Shown: positions 43,505-57,734, counted from the first letter of the stretch. The stretch is DNA of 64,000 nt from Eledone cirrhosa (GCA_964016885.1 OZ024751.1:12090001-12154000); one strand, 5' to 3'. Program-made: numbers and translations. The notes: a model not told the origin generated them from the sequence alone.

Positions 43505-46500
43505 AACAACCTCCAACATAAACACCACAAACACCAACACTATCAGCAGTACAACCTCCAACATCAACACCACAACCACCAATACTATCAGCAGTACAAC
43601 CACCAACACCACAACCACAACCACCAACACTATCAGTTGTAAAACTACCAACACCAAAACCACAACCACCAACATTATCAACAGTACAACCACCAACATC
43701 AACACCACAAACATCAACACCACAAACATCAACACCACAGCCACCAACACTATCAGCAGTACAACCACCAACATCAACTCCAGAGCCACCAACGCTATCA
43801 GCAGTACAACCACCAACATCAACACCACAACCACCAACACTATCAGCAGTACAACCACCAACATCAGCACCACAGCCACCAACACTATCAGCAGTACAAC
43901 CACCAACATCAATACCACAACCACCAACACTATCATCAGTACAACCACCAAAATCAACACCACAACCACCAACACTATCAGCAGTACAACCACCAACATC
44001 AGCACCACAGCCACCAACACTATCAGCAGTACAACCACCAACATCAATACCACAACCACCAACACTATCATCAGTACAACCACCAACATCAACACCACAA
44101 CCACCAACACTATCAGCAGTACAACCACCAACACCACAACCACAACCACCAACACTATCATCAGTACAACCACCAACATCAACACCACAACCACCAACAC
44201 TATCAGCAGTACAACCACCAACATCAATACCACAACCACCAACACTATCAGCAGTACAACCACCAACATCAACACCACAACCACCAACACTATCAGCAGT
44301 ACAACCTCCAACATCAACACCACAACCACCAACACTATCAGCTGTACAACCACCAACATCAACACCACAACCACCAACACTATCAGCAGTACAACCATCA
44401 ACATCAACACAACAACCACCAACACTATCAGCTGTACAACCACCAACATCAACACCACAACCACCAACACTATCAGCAGTACAACCACCAACATCAACAC
44501 GACAACCACCAACACTATCAGCAGTACAACCATCAACATCAACACCACAACCACCAACACTATCAGCTGTGTAACCACCAACATCAACACGACAACCACC
44601 AAAACTATCATCAGTACAACCACCAGCATCAACACCACAACCACCAACACTATCATCAGTACAACCACCAACATCAACACCACAACCACCAACACTATAA
44701 TCAGTACAACCACCAACATCAACACCACAACCACCAACACTATCAGCAGTACAACCACCAACATCAACACCACAACCACCAACACTATCATCAGTACAAC
44801 CACCAACACCACAACCACAACCACCAACACTATCAGCTGTACAACCACCAACACCAAAAACCACAACCACCAAAACTATCAGCAGTACAGCCACCAACAT
44901 CTCAACCACAACCACCAACACTATCAGCTGTACAACCACCAACACCAAAAACCACAACCACCAACACTATCAGCAGTACAACCACCAACATCAATACCAC
45001 AACCACCAACACTATCAGCAGTACAACCACCAACACCACAACCACAACCACCAACACTATCAGCAGTACAACCACCAACATCAACACCACAACCACCAAC
45101 ACAATCAGCAGTACAACCAACAACACCACAACCAAAACCACTATCAGCTGTACAACCACCAACATCAACACCACAACTACCAACGCTATCAGCAGTACAA
45201 CCTCAAACATCAACACCACACCCACCAACACTATCAGCAGTACAACCACCAACACCACAACCACAACCACCAACATTATCAGCAGTACAACCACCAACAT
45301 CAACACCAGCAACCACCAACACTATCAGCTGTACAACCACCAACACCACAACCACAACCACCAACACTATCAGCAGAACAACCACCAACTCCACAACCAC
45401 AACCACCAACACTATCAGCAGTACAACCACCAACACCACAAACACAACCACCAACACTATCAGCAGTACAACCACCAACATCAACACCACAACCACCAAC
45501 ACTATCAGCAGTACAACCACCAACACCACAACCACAACCACCAACACTATCAGCAGTACAACCACTAACATCAACACCACAACCACCAACACTATCAGCA
45601 GTACAACCACCAACACCACAACCACAACCACCAACACTATCAGCAGTACAACCACCAACATCAACACCACACCCACCAACACTATCAGCAGTTCAACCAC
45701 CAACATCAACACCACAACCACCAACTCTATCAGCAGTACAACCACCAACACCACAATCACAACCACCAACACTACCAGCAGTACAACCACCAACATCAAC
45801 ACCACAACCACCAACACTATCAGCAGTACAACCACCAACATCAACACCACAACCACCAACACTATCAGCAGTACAACCACCAACATCAACACCACAACCA
45901 CCAACACTATCAGCAGTACAACCACCAACACCACAACCACAACCACCAACACTATCAGCAGTACAACCACCAACATCAACACCACAACCACCAACACTAT
46001 CAGCAGTACAACCACCAACACCACAACCACAACCACCAACACTATCAGCAGTACAACCACCAACATCAACACCACAACCACCAACACTATCAGCAGTACA
46101 ACCACCAACATCAACACCACAACCACCAACACTATCAGCAGTACAATCACCAACATCAACACCACAACCACCAACACTATCAGCAGTACAACCACCAACA
46201 TCAACACCACAACCACCAACTCTATCAGCAGTACAACCACCAACACCACAACCACTAACACTATCAGCAGTACAACCACCAACATCAACACCACAACCAC
46301 CAACATTATCAGCAGTACAACCACCAACATCAACACCACAACCACCAAAACTATCAGCAGTACAACCACCAACATCAACACCACAACCACCAACTCTATC
46401 ATTAGTACAACCACCAACACCACAATCACAACCACCAACACTACCAGCAGTACAACCACCAACATCAACACCACAACCACCAACACTATCAGCAGTACAA

Positions 46501-49420
46501 CCACCAACATCAACACCACAACCACCAACACTATCAGCAGTACAACCACTAACATCAACACCACAACCACCAACACTATCAGCAGTACAACCACCAACAC
46601 CACAACCACAACCACCAACACCACAACCACAACCACCAATACTATCAACAGTACAACCACCAACACCACAACCACAACCACCAACACTATCAGCAGTACA
46701 ACCACCAACATCAACACCACAACCACCAACACTATCAGCAGTACAACCACCAACACCACAACCACAACCACCAACACTATCAGCAGTACAACCACTAACA
46801 TCAACACCACAACCACCAACACTATCAGCAGTACAACCACCAACACCACAACCACAACCACCAACACTATCAGCAGTACAACCACCAACATCAACACCAC
46901 ACCCACCAACACTATCAGCAGTACAACCACCAACACCACAACCACAACCACCAACACTATCAGCAGTACAACCACCAACATCAACACCACAACCACCAAC
47001 ACTATCAGCAGTACAACCACCAACATCAACACCACAACCACCAACACTATCAGCAGTACAACCACCAACATCAACACCACAACCACCAACACTATCAGCA
47101 GTACAAATACCAACATCAACACCACAACCACCAACTCTATCAGCAGTACAACCACCAACACCACAACCACTAACACTATCAGCAGTACAACCACCAACAT
47201 CAACACCACAACCACCAACATTATCAGTAGTACAACCACCAACATCAACACCACAACCACCAACACTATCAGCAGTACAACCACCAACATCAACACCACA
47301 ACCACCAACTCTATCAGCAGTACAACCACCAACACCACAATCACAACCACCAACACTACCAGCAGTACAACCACGAACATCAACACCACAACCACCAACA
47401 CTATCAGCAGTACAACCACCAACATCAACACCACAACCACCAATACTATCAGCAGTACAACCACTAACATCAACACCACAACCACCAACACTATCAGCAG
47501 TACAACCACCAACACCACAACCACAACCACCAACACTATCAGCAGTACAACCACCAACACCACAACCACAACCACCATTACTATCAGCAGTACAACCACC
47601 AACACCACAACCACAACCACCAACACTATCAGCAGTACAACCACTAACATCAACACCACAACCACCAAAACTATCAGCAGTACAACCACCAACACCACAA
47701 CCACAACTACCAACACTATCAGCAGTACAACCACCAACACTATCAGCAGTACAACCACCAACACTATCAGCAGTACAACCACCAACACCACAACCACAAC
47801 CACCAACACTATCAGCAGTACAACCACCAACATCAACACCACAACCACCAACACTATCAGCAGTACAACAACCAACACCACAACCACAACCACCAACACT
47901 ATCAGCAGTACAACCACTAACATCAACACCACAACCACCAACACTATCAGCAGTACAACCACCAACACCACAACCACAACCACCAACACTATCAGCAGTA
48001 CAACCACCAACATCAACACCACAACCACCAACACTATCAGCAGTACAACCACCAACACCACAACCACAACCACCAACACTATCAGCAGTACAACCACCAA
48101 CATCAACACCACAACCACCAACACTATCAGCAGTACAACCACCAACATCAACACCACAACCACCAACACTATCAGCAGTACAATCACCAACATCAACACC
48201 ACAACCACCAACACTATCAGCAGTACAACCACCAACATCAACACCACAACCACCAACTCTATCAGCAGTACAACCACCAACACCACAACCACTAACACTA
48301 TCAGCAGTACAACCACCAACATCAACACCACAACCACCAACATTATCAGCAGTACAACCACCAACATCAACACCACAACCACCAACATTATCAGCAGTAC
48401 AACCACCAACATCAACACCACAACCACCAACTCTATCAGCAGTACAACCACCAACACCACAACCACTAACACTATCAGCAGTACAACCACCAACATCAAC
48501 ACCACAACCACCAACATTATCAGCAGTACAACCACCAACATCAACACCACAACCACCAACACTATCAGCAGTACAACCACCAACATCAACACCACAACCA
48601 CCAACTCTATCAGCAGTACAACCACCAACACCACAATCACAACCACCAACACTACCAGCAGTACAACCACCAACATCAACACCACAACCACCAACACTAT
48701 CAGCAGTACAACCACCAACACCACAACCACCAACACTATCAGCAGTACAACCACTAACACCACAACCACAACCACCAACACTATCAGCAGTACAACCACC
48801 AACATCAACACCACAACCACCAACACTATCAGCAGTACAACCACCAACATCAACACCACAACCACCAACTCTATCAGCAGTACAACCACCAACACCACAA
48901 CCATCAACACTATCAGCAGTACAACCACCAACACCACAACCACAACCACCAACACTATCAGCAGTACAACCACTAACATCAACACCACAACCACCAACAC
49001 TATCAGCAGTACAACCACAAACATCAACACCACAACCACCAACACCACAACAACCAACACTATCAGCAGTACAACCACTAACACCAACACCACAACCACC
49101 AACACTATCAACACAACAACCACCAACGCTATCAGCAGTACAACCACCAACACCACAACCACAACCACCAACACTATCAGCAGTACAACCACCAACATCA
49201 ACACCACAACCACCAACACTATCAGCAGTAAAACCACCAACACCACAACCACAACCACCACCAATACCACAACCACCACCAACATCAACAACACCTCAAC
49301 CACCAACACTATCAGCAGTAAAACCACCAATACCGCAACCACCACCACCACCAATAGCACAACCACCACCAACATCAACAACACTACAACCACCAACACT
49401 ATCAGCAGTACAACCACCAC
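43505..49420. repeat. 45-bp minisatellite array (~130 units)
   Basis: Unit ACAACCACCAACACTATCAGCAGTACAACCACCAACATCAACACC with variants. It has no stops in several frames on both strands. Confidence 0.95.
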
Positions 49421-50292
49421 CACCAACACCACCACCACCACCATTACCACAACCAACACCAACAGCAACAGCACATCCACAACCACCATCATTATCAGCA
49501 TCACAACCGCCAGCAACATCAACATCACAACCACAACCACCACCAACACCACAACCACCACCACCACAGCCACTACGATCGGTAACACCGCCACCACTAC
49601 CACCACCACCACCACTACAAGTACCACCAATAACAACACCACAACTACCACCAACACCATGATGGTGATGTTAATGGTAGTAGAGGTGGTGGTGGTGATG
49701 GTAGTAGAGGTGGTGGTGATGGTGATTATAATGGTAGTAGATGTGGTGTTGGTGGTGGTGGTAATTATAGTAGAGGTGGTGGTGATGGTGATGATAGTAG
49801 TCGTGGTGGTGGTGGTGGTGATGGTGATGATAGTAGTCGTGGTGCTGGTGGTGATGATAGTGGATGTGGTGGTGATGGTGATGATAGTAGAGGTGGTGGT
49901 GGCGGTAGTGGTGATGATAGTTGAGGTGGTGGTGGTGGTGATGGGGATGGTGATGATAGTAGAGGTGGTGGTGGTGGTGATGATAGTATAGGTGGTGATG
50001 GTGGTGATGGGGATGGTGATGATAATGGTAGTAGAGGTGGTGGTGATGATAGTAGAGGTGGTGATGGTAATGGTAGTAGAGGTGGTGGTGGTGGTGGTGA
50101 TGATAATGATACTAGCGGTGGTGGAGGTGTTGTTGATGATAATGATGATGATGATGGTGATACTGGTAGTAGCAGTGGTGGTGATGTTGTTGGTGATGAT
50201 GATGATGGTGTTGATAGTGGTAGTAGTAGTGGTGGTGTTGGTGGTGATCATTATGACGTGGGACAACAGCGACGGCGACAATCACTTTACAT

Positions 50293-50592
50293 CCCGTAAG
50301 GATGAAAGGCAAAGTTAACCTCGGCGGGATTCGAACTCAGAATGGCAAGAGCCATAACTCTATGCGTCAAAGCATGGCGTCCGACCCTCTACCGATACTG
50401 CCAATAATAATAATAATTGTTTCTACTTTTGGCACAAGGCCAGCAATTACTCAGTGCATTACTGGTACTTTATTTTATCGACCCCGTAAGGATGAAAGGC
50501 AAAGTTAACCTCGGCGGGATTTGAACTCAGAATGGCAAGGGCCGTAACTCTATGCCTCAAGGCATGGCGTCCGACCCTCTACCGATACTGCT
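50293..50592 (-). mobile_element. Tandem S1 SINEs (one partial, one full)
   Basis: Copies at 50293-50404 and 50416-50592 are separated by (AAT)n. Confidence 0.88.
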
Positions 50593-50620
50593 AATAATAA
50601 TAATATTATATATATACAAG

Positions 50621-51031
50621 GCTGAATACAATAAATATAATCTGAGGATTTCGAATATTAATAATAATATTCGATTCGTTTGTAATTTGTAATTATGCAA
50701 AGAGCCTCTTTTTAAAGCCTTGACAGTAGATCTGTAATGTGCAGATCTTACTGATCAGCCGGTCTGCTAATATGCAAATCAGGCCGATCAGTCACTGTAT
50801 GTTTTAGAAAATATCATATATTTTCACTAGCTCTGACAGTTGGCAGGTGAACAGTGAACTGCACTGATGAAGGGTATTACCCAGAAACATTAGTGTCTGT
50901 AGCTCTGTTTACATTTCAACACAAGAGCAAGAAAGGGGGGCTCATTCTACTGACATGACTTTAAAAATGAGGCTTGTTTGCATGATTGCAATCGAATCAA
51001 ATATTATTATTTATATTTGAAAAACTCAGAT

Positions 51032-51036
<5 letters not shown>
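50621..51036 (+). mobile_element. Fold-back HHR element family F, copy A (HHR 50846-50914)
   Basis: ~95-bp inverted arms around GAACTGCA-CTGATGA-aGGGT att ACCCa-GAAA-CATTAGTG-TC-TGTAGCTC. Confidence 0.82.
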
Positions 51037-51075
<39 letters not shown>

Positions 51076-51430
51076 AAGAGTGAAGAATAACATGGTCAAC
51101 GGTACAAAAAAGGGTTTTATTTACAGTATTAACAATTGTTTCATTGGTTAAGTTGTCTTAAAATTGCTAATTACTTGAAGTTGTATCACTCAATTTTAAA
51201 TACGATGTATGCTTAACCAAATCATTAGAAAAAAACTGTTTAGAATTATACACAGCGTTTGCAAATTCAAATTAAAACATCATTTATAAAGAAAGAAAAC
51301 AAAGCCGTACGCTGAAACTATGCACAATACGGAGTATTCACAACCTCTAACTAGATTACCTATAACGATAACTTGTTATCTCTTATATATATATATATAT
51401 ATATATAGATAGATAGATAGATATAGATAG

Positions 51431-51902
51431 GTAAATATACACGGGTGTGTATGATTGTGTATAGAAGATTATATTAATAAGAGGAATTCCAACTTTGTCT
51501 GATTTACTCGTTTTATTTACAATCCTTTAAAATATATAATGGTATTATAATGAAATAGTATGATAGAATATTAAATTCTAAGTGTTAATTGAACAAGTAC
51601 TTTCATGCTTTCGCAATCTTCAGGTTCATAATATGTGGTGACAGTCGAGTTTGCAATTTTCAACTGTCAATAAAAATAACAATTGAAAATAACAATTAAA
51701 AATAACAGTTGAAAATTGCAAACTCGACTGTCACCACATATTATGAACCTGAAGATTGCGAAAGCATGAAAGTACTTGTTCAATTAACACTTAGAATTTA
51801 ATATTCTATCATACTATTTCATTATAATACCATTATATATTTTAAAGGATTGTAAATAAAACGAGTAAATCAGACAAAGTTGGAATTCCTCTTATTAATA
51901 TA
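51431..51902. mobile_element. Perfect ~198-bp inverted repeat with an HHR in each arm (family 5)
   Basis: Arms 51470-51667 and 51705-51902, a 37-bp spacer, and a short one-sided extension at 51431-51469. Confidence 0.88.
51744..51782 (+). ncRNA. Minimal type I hammerhead ribozyme (family 5)
   Basis: TGAAC-CTGAAGA-tTGC gaaa GCAt-GAAA-GTAC-TT-GTTCA. An identical mirror copy lies at 51590-51628 on the minus strand. Confidence 0.85.
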
Positions 51903-52349
51903 TATATATATATAGTTCAAGGAAACAACAAACAAAGGTAGAAAAATTCTCATTAGTTTCACGATTTATATTGGGAAGAGGAAGTTCGACGTGTCGGGCT
52001 TCAGCGCTTCCTGAGGAGTACAAATAGAGACCGGATCACCGTGGAGAAACAGAAAGAATGTACAGTAAAGACACTATGGCTAACTCCTGAGTTGTGTTAA
52101 TCTTCAGTGTCACCTGTGCAGTCACAATATTATCAGATCGCCATGTCTAAATAACCTGTGAGAAAAAGGCTGAAAAGTCCAGATTAAAGACACCCAAATC
52201 TTCTATTGGAACTCCTGTACATCTGTGTGCTTCCTGCCAAATTTAACACTTCCATTCCTCTTCCGATTATCATTAGCTTAGAATTTACAACTCCGCCTAC
52301 ACTGTAGCGGCTTCGAAGATATAACCAATATATATATATATATATATTC

Positions 52350-52970
52350 GAACACATGTATACCTGTATCGGTGTTCATCCCTCTCATATATTCAATTGT
52401 ATTACACAGCTCGGAAAGATTCCCTTCCTTCGGCTATTTAATTGTAAAAGACTATTTTGAGTTTCTAACTCAATATGTGATATGCTTGGTTCCATATGTA
52501 GCGCTAACTTTAGTCCCATAAAACCGGCTGCTATTTTTAGCGGCACGAGTATGAAACGCGCTAGGCGCTGCAGCATGTGCTTTTAAATCAACACATAGTC
52601 CAGTCTTCTTAGATCTTTTGACGTGAAAGGTACGAATTTCCCGGATACCCGCAGAAGAGCACAGGAATGGTGGCTTTCACTTAATAACTCTTGCGAAACA
52701 GATTTAGATCTGTCCGGGTATCAAACGGTAGTTGCCCGATATTGTTATTTTTATTGATTTATTATTTTAAATCGAGACAGGTAAACCATATTGTTTTAAA
52801 TTAGTATTTTTTCAACCTAGCTAACTTGGTCATTTGCAATTGGAACTCATGTATACTTGTATCGGTGTTCATCTCTCTCATATATTCAATTGTATTGCAC
52901 GGCTCGTGCAATACAATTGAATATATTTAATTGTAAAAGACTATTTTGAGTTTCTAACTCAATATATGAT
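52350..52970 (+). mobile_element. Retrozyme-like element: 493-bp unit plus ~125-bp terminal redundancy
   Basis: Direct repeats at 52350-52481 and 52843-52970, an internal full HHR fold, no credible ORF, and (TA)n flanks. Confidence 0.7.
52641..52728 (+). ncRNA. Full type I hammerhead ribozyme with one core substitution (family 6)
   Basis: CCG GATACCCG-CAGAAGA-GCA...TGC-GAAA-CAGAT ttag ATCTG-TC-CGGGTATC aaa CGG. Confidence 0.8.
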
Positions 52971-52990
52971 AATTATATATATATATATAT

Positions 52991-53611
52991 AAATGTACTC
53001 GGAGTTTTTCGAATATTAATAATTGTTTCTACTATTGGCACAAGGCCAGCAATTACCCAGTACATTACTCGTACTTTATTTTATCGACCCCGTAAAGTTA
53101 ACCATATTAATAATTGTTTCTACTTTAGGCACAAGGCCAGCAATTACCCAGTGCATTACTGGTACTTTATTTTATCTACTCGTAAGGATGAAAGGCAAAG
53201 TCAACCTCGGCGGGAACTGAACTCAGATCGTAAAGAGACGTAACTATGCTGCCAATCCACCGCCTTAACCATATTAATAATAACATTCGATTCGTTTGCA
53301 ACTATGCAAACAAGCCTCAATTTTATAGCCATGTCAATAGAATGTGTATTTTTGAAAATAGCATATGTTCACTAGCAATGACAATTTGGCAGGTGAACAG
53401 TGAGCTGTACTGATGAAGGGTGATATCAAGAAACATCGTCTGCAGTTCTGTTCACATGCCAACACAAGGGAAATAATGAAGAGTTGATTCTACTGACATG
53501 GCTATAAAATTGAGGCTTGTTTGCATAATTGCAAACGAATCGAATGTTATTATTAATATTCGAAAAACTCAGATTACATTTATTGTATTCAGCAATGTAG
53601 AGCGAACATTT
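52991..53611 (+). mobile_element. Family F copy B (HHR 53386-53462), left arm interrupted by a SINE
   Basis: GAGCTGTA-CTGATGA-...-GAAA-CATCG-TC-TGCAGTTC. The arms are homologous to copies A and C. Confidence 0.82.
53023..53270 (-). mobile_element. S1 SINE with partially duplicated 3' end
   Basis: Flanked by ATATTAATAAT at 53013-53023 and 53271-53281. Confidence 0.85.
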
Positions 53612-53699
53612 TATTTTTTACTTTATATATATATATATATAATATATACATATATACATATATAATATATAATATATATATATATATATTAGTGTGTTT

Positions 53700-53747
<48 letters not shown>

Positions 53748-53756
53748 ATGTGTGTG

Positions 53757-53793
<37 letters not shown>

Positions 53794-53816
53794 ATATATA
53801 TTTATATATATGTGTG

Positions 53817-53855
<39 letters not shown>

Positions 53856-53941
53856 AGGTGTGTATATATATATATGTGTGTGTGTGTATATATATATACA
53901 CATACACATATATGTGTGTGTGTGTGTGTGTATATATGTGT

Positions 53942-53987
<46 letters not shown>

Positions 53988-54301
53988 GTGTGTGTGTGTG
54001 TACACATGTACAATTTCATGATTCATCTTAGATGGTTTATATGTACATACAGCCATACAACTCATCTATAGTGCGGTGTAGTTAAGCTGACAGATTGAAA
54101 GGCAAGCAACCCGGAGTGTTAAACAAATGAGGAAGTAGTTCAAAGGACTGAAACGTAATTTGACCTTACAACTTCTTTACTGAAATAAAAAAATAACACA
54201 AAATGAAACCAAATGAAAAATATAAAATGCCCCTCACCTTTGAGTTATAAACTTCGCTTAGTTTCGTATTATTTTTTTGCACACACATACATACTTGGTG
54301 C

Positions 54302-54336
<35 letters not shown>

Positions 54337-54357
54337 TGTTTGTATATATATATGCAC

Positions 54358-54409
<52 letters not shown>

Positions 54410-54455
54410 ACAGATAGATTAGATAGATTTATAGATTTCTCTCTCTCTCTCTCCA

Positions 54456-54545
<90 letters not shown>

Positions 54546-54597
54546 TTGTAGCTATTAAGATGTATATATATATACATATACATACAAATACACACAC

Positions 54598-54649
<52 letters not shown>

Positions 54650-55274
54650 TCTTCTACGTGAACAAGTGTGCGTGTACCCTTGTGTGTATGTGTGTGTGTT
54701 TGTGAATAAAATGCAAATAACAATAAGTGAAGGTTTTTGGAGTTCAAAAAACTCTCAACCTTTGTATATTCAATCTAATTGCTAGGACGTGTTTTTCCTT
54801 TCTTCTTTTGCTATTATTATTATTTTTATATTTGTTCTTCCCATTGTTATTATTATTATTATTACTATTATTATCGTCATCATTATTGTTACTATTATTA
54901 TTCGAAGCCTAACAAGAAAATAAATAGAAAATCTTTTTCAACTTCACGTCATTGTCAAAAATATTTTAATTTCGACGCCATTCCGCAACGGCGGAAGTGC
55001 TGGGTCGGTTAAGTTGAAGTAAGTTTAGTGACTAGGCGAACATCTCCTCCTCTCCCTTCTTAGCATACACACACCAACACTTACTGCTGTCTACACTATA
55101 CCACACCACGCCGCACCACTCCACACATCATAGACACTACATTTACGTGCACGTATACAGTTCGTATGCGTAGGTGGTGTTTGAATGTATGTTCTACAAA
55201 GAGTACAATAAAATACTGCACTTGAATATAGGTGTACGTGTGCTTCCATGAAGGATTTAAATGTATATAGGAAA

Positions 55275-55405
55275 ATATGTGGCTTCGTGGGTAGGCTCCT
55301 TGTCGTAAGGTCATGAGTTTCATTCCCAGATATGGTGGTGCTTCGTGTTCTTGAGCAAGACTTTCTATTTCAAGCTTTTCAATCCACTCAGCTGGAGAAA
55401 AATTC
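55275..55405 (+). mobile_element. Degenerate S2 SINE
   Basis: GTGTTCTTGAGCAAGAC...TCCACTCAGCTG resembles 37890-37945. Confidence 0.6.
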
Positions 55406-55782
55406 ATTTTTATTAGTGTTATGCAAAAAGAGTTTACCACATGGCTAGTCATGACAGAAGACAGGCTCTTTCCAAGTCTTTATACATATATACACTCACA
55501 AACACACACACACACACACACACTCACACACACTAACGCTCACACACATACATACACACACATACAACACACATATACAATGCATTCTCAGCAGATCCAG
55601 AGTGTGTCATACAGGAGAATACGTAATCTTGATGAGGGGCAAACACTCCGAAACAACAATATTGTCGATTGCTTACTCTCATCTATCGCTGGAACAAAAG
55701 CACCACGTTGTTCATTTGTCACGTGGTGTTTTATGAGGCGCTTAAGTTTCCACCCCGTTAAGAGCGACAACAATTATACAAC

Positions 55783-55844
<62 letters not shown>

Positions 55845-55883
55845 AAGGGTAAAACGATCAAATTTTAGTTTAGAGCTTTTATT

Positions 55884-55930
55884 TGCTGACAATTGTTTCT
55901 TCCAGAGGGACGTCTGGTATCATCGGAGCA
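55884..55930 (-). ncRNA. Minimal hammerhead ribozyme with U4C substitution (family 7)
   Basis: TGCT-CCGATGA-(CCAGA/TCTGG)-GAAA-CAATTG-TC-AGCA, followed by AATAAA. Confidence 0.72.
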
Positions 55931-56376
55931 TAAGGAATGTCGAAACATGTAACTAAAACCCTAGTCATTTAGAACATTTAGGGTACATAATTGTTATTAG
56001 TGTCAAAGGCATCATGTGGAGAGTCAGGAGTTAAAAAGATGTTCTGTTTGAAAGAACAGAATTACAGGCAGCACTGGTTGCAAGTGTAATAGGTATAAGT
56101 AAAAGACCCAAGCAAAGAAATCACAGGCAAAAAAAAAACAAAAAACACAGGCAAAAAAGGTTATAAGCAAGGAACATTGGTGTACAATGCAGGTGTCAAT
56201 ATAGACAATAATGCATGTATGAGGAAAGAGTTATCAGGTATCTCGGCTCTGTAAAACACTTGAAAATTTGCATTGAGCCTTTTGTCATACCGGTAACCGG
56301 CTAGTACTTAGTAGTAACCTGCATATTTATAGTTATATCAAACATATAGAAATAGAAATATTCTTCTTCTTATTAT

Positions 56377-56432
<56 letters not shown>

Positions 56433-56534
56433 CCAAGAAATGTCATCATGAATGGACCTGTTATTTTTATCTAAAGACATTTTTTTCCAATTTCAACCCG
56501 CCCGTACCCGCAATTTATCTTATTTCTCATTCTT

Positions 56535-56570
56535 TCTTCTGATGAAGGATTAGCGTCTGAAACGTTAAGA
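56535..56570 (+). ncRNA. Minimal hammerhead ribozyme (family 8)
   Basis: TCTT-CTGATGA-AGGATTAGCGTCT-GAAA-CG-TT-AAGA with palindromic AACGTT. Confidence 0.65.
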
Positions 56571-56595
56571 CCCTCTTCCTTCTATTTCAAGCGTT

Positions 56596-56697
<102 letters not shown>

Positions 56698-57029
56698 AAA
56701 ATGTTCGCTCTACATGGCTGAATATAATAAATGTAATCTGAGTTTTTCGAATATTAATAATAACATTCGATTCGTTTGCAATTATACAAACACGCCTCAA
56801 GTTTATAGTAATGTCAGTAATGTGTTGGCATGTGAACAGAACTGCAGACACTGTACTGATGAAGGGTGATACCCAGAGACATTAGCGTCTGCAGTTCTGT
56901 TCACATGCCAACAAAAGAGCAAGAATGAAGGATTCATTCTACTGACATTGCTATAAAATTGGGGATTGTTTGTATAATTGCAAACGAATCGAATGTTATT
57001 ATTAATATTCGAAAAACTCAGATTACATT

Positions 57030-57033
<4 letters not shown>
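56698..57033 (+). mobile_element. Family F copy C (HHR core 56856-56889, GAAA changed to GAGA)
   Basis: Almost entirely self-complementary, with (TA)n flanks. Confidence 0.82.
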
Positions 57034-57068
<35 letters not shown>

Positions 57069-57459
57069 AAGAAGAAGAAATTAAAAGATGGTTAAGAAAG
57101 TTCCAAATATATATATAATTACCTAATAAACAGAGCTATTTACCTTTTCTACGGAAATACTTAATACACATATATATATTTAAGTAAACATATATATACA
57201 TATAGATTCACATACATGTGTGTGTGTGTGTGTGTGTCAGTATTTATATGCATATAGCCTCGTCATATATTGTGTGGCGCTATGTCTGCCACATTTAAAC
57301 GATAAGTTTATATGATATGTAGTTCAGTTTCTTGATAAAATGGAATTCTTACGCATCACTGAAACTAAGGAACCAATGGAGGGGCCAAACATGATTGCTG
57401 ATGTCGTCAGCACAGTCGAACCGTAAAAACAAGCGACTAATACGATTATAAATACGAAA

Positions 57460-57519
<60 letters not shown>

Positions 57520-57734
57520 ATGTACGTCAATACTCAGCTTTTTCCATTTCTCCGAGGGTTCTTAACCCCACTATGAGGCTAAATAATTTATTTAATTTCT
57601 TTAGTCAAAACACGGCGATAGCTTACACTTATAATAATTATATATATATGTGTGTATATTATTTATATGTATATATACACACACAGAAATATATATTTAT
57701 AAATTTATATATATATATATGTGTATGCATATAT

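Noticed and set aside
43422-49991. 2189-aa Thr-rich mucin-like ORF and antisense poly-Val ORFs
   Set aside because: The 45-bp repeat is stop-free in several frames. The ORF shifts register at ~44860-45310, runs into poly-Val and has no signal peptide or domain.
50770-50780. Octamer ATGCAAAT upstream of an HHR (also ATTTGCAT at ~22002)
   Set aside because: An 8-mer is expected by chance in AT-rich DNA, and it is absent from the other family-F copies.
51133-51228. Minus-strand HHR relic (CTAATGA, long stem II, GAAACAATTGTT)
   Set aside because: G5 is mutated and stem I is weak. It is plausibly a dead HHR but was not called.
51985-52017. Minus-strand HHR relic (CTCAGGA...GACACGTC)
   Set aside because: Two core substitutions and imperfect stems.
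54124-54162. HHR relic (ATGAGGA...GAAACGTA)
   Set aside because: C3 is missing and the stem register is ambiguous.
57394-57430. CTGATGT...GAACCGTA HHR-like words
   Set aside because: Both core strands are defective and stems I and II are not supported.
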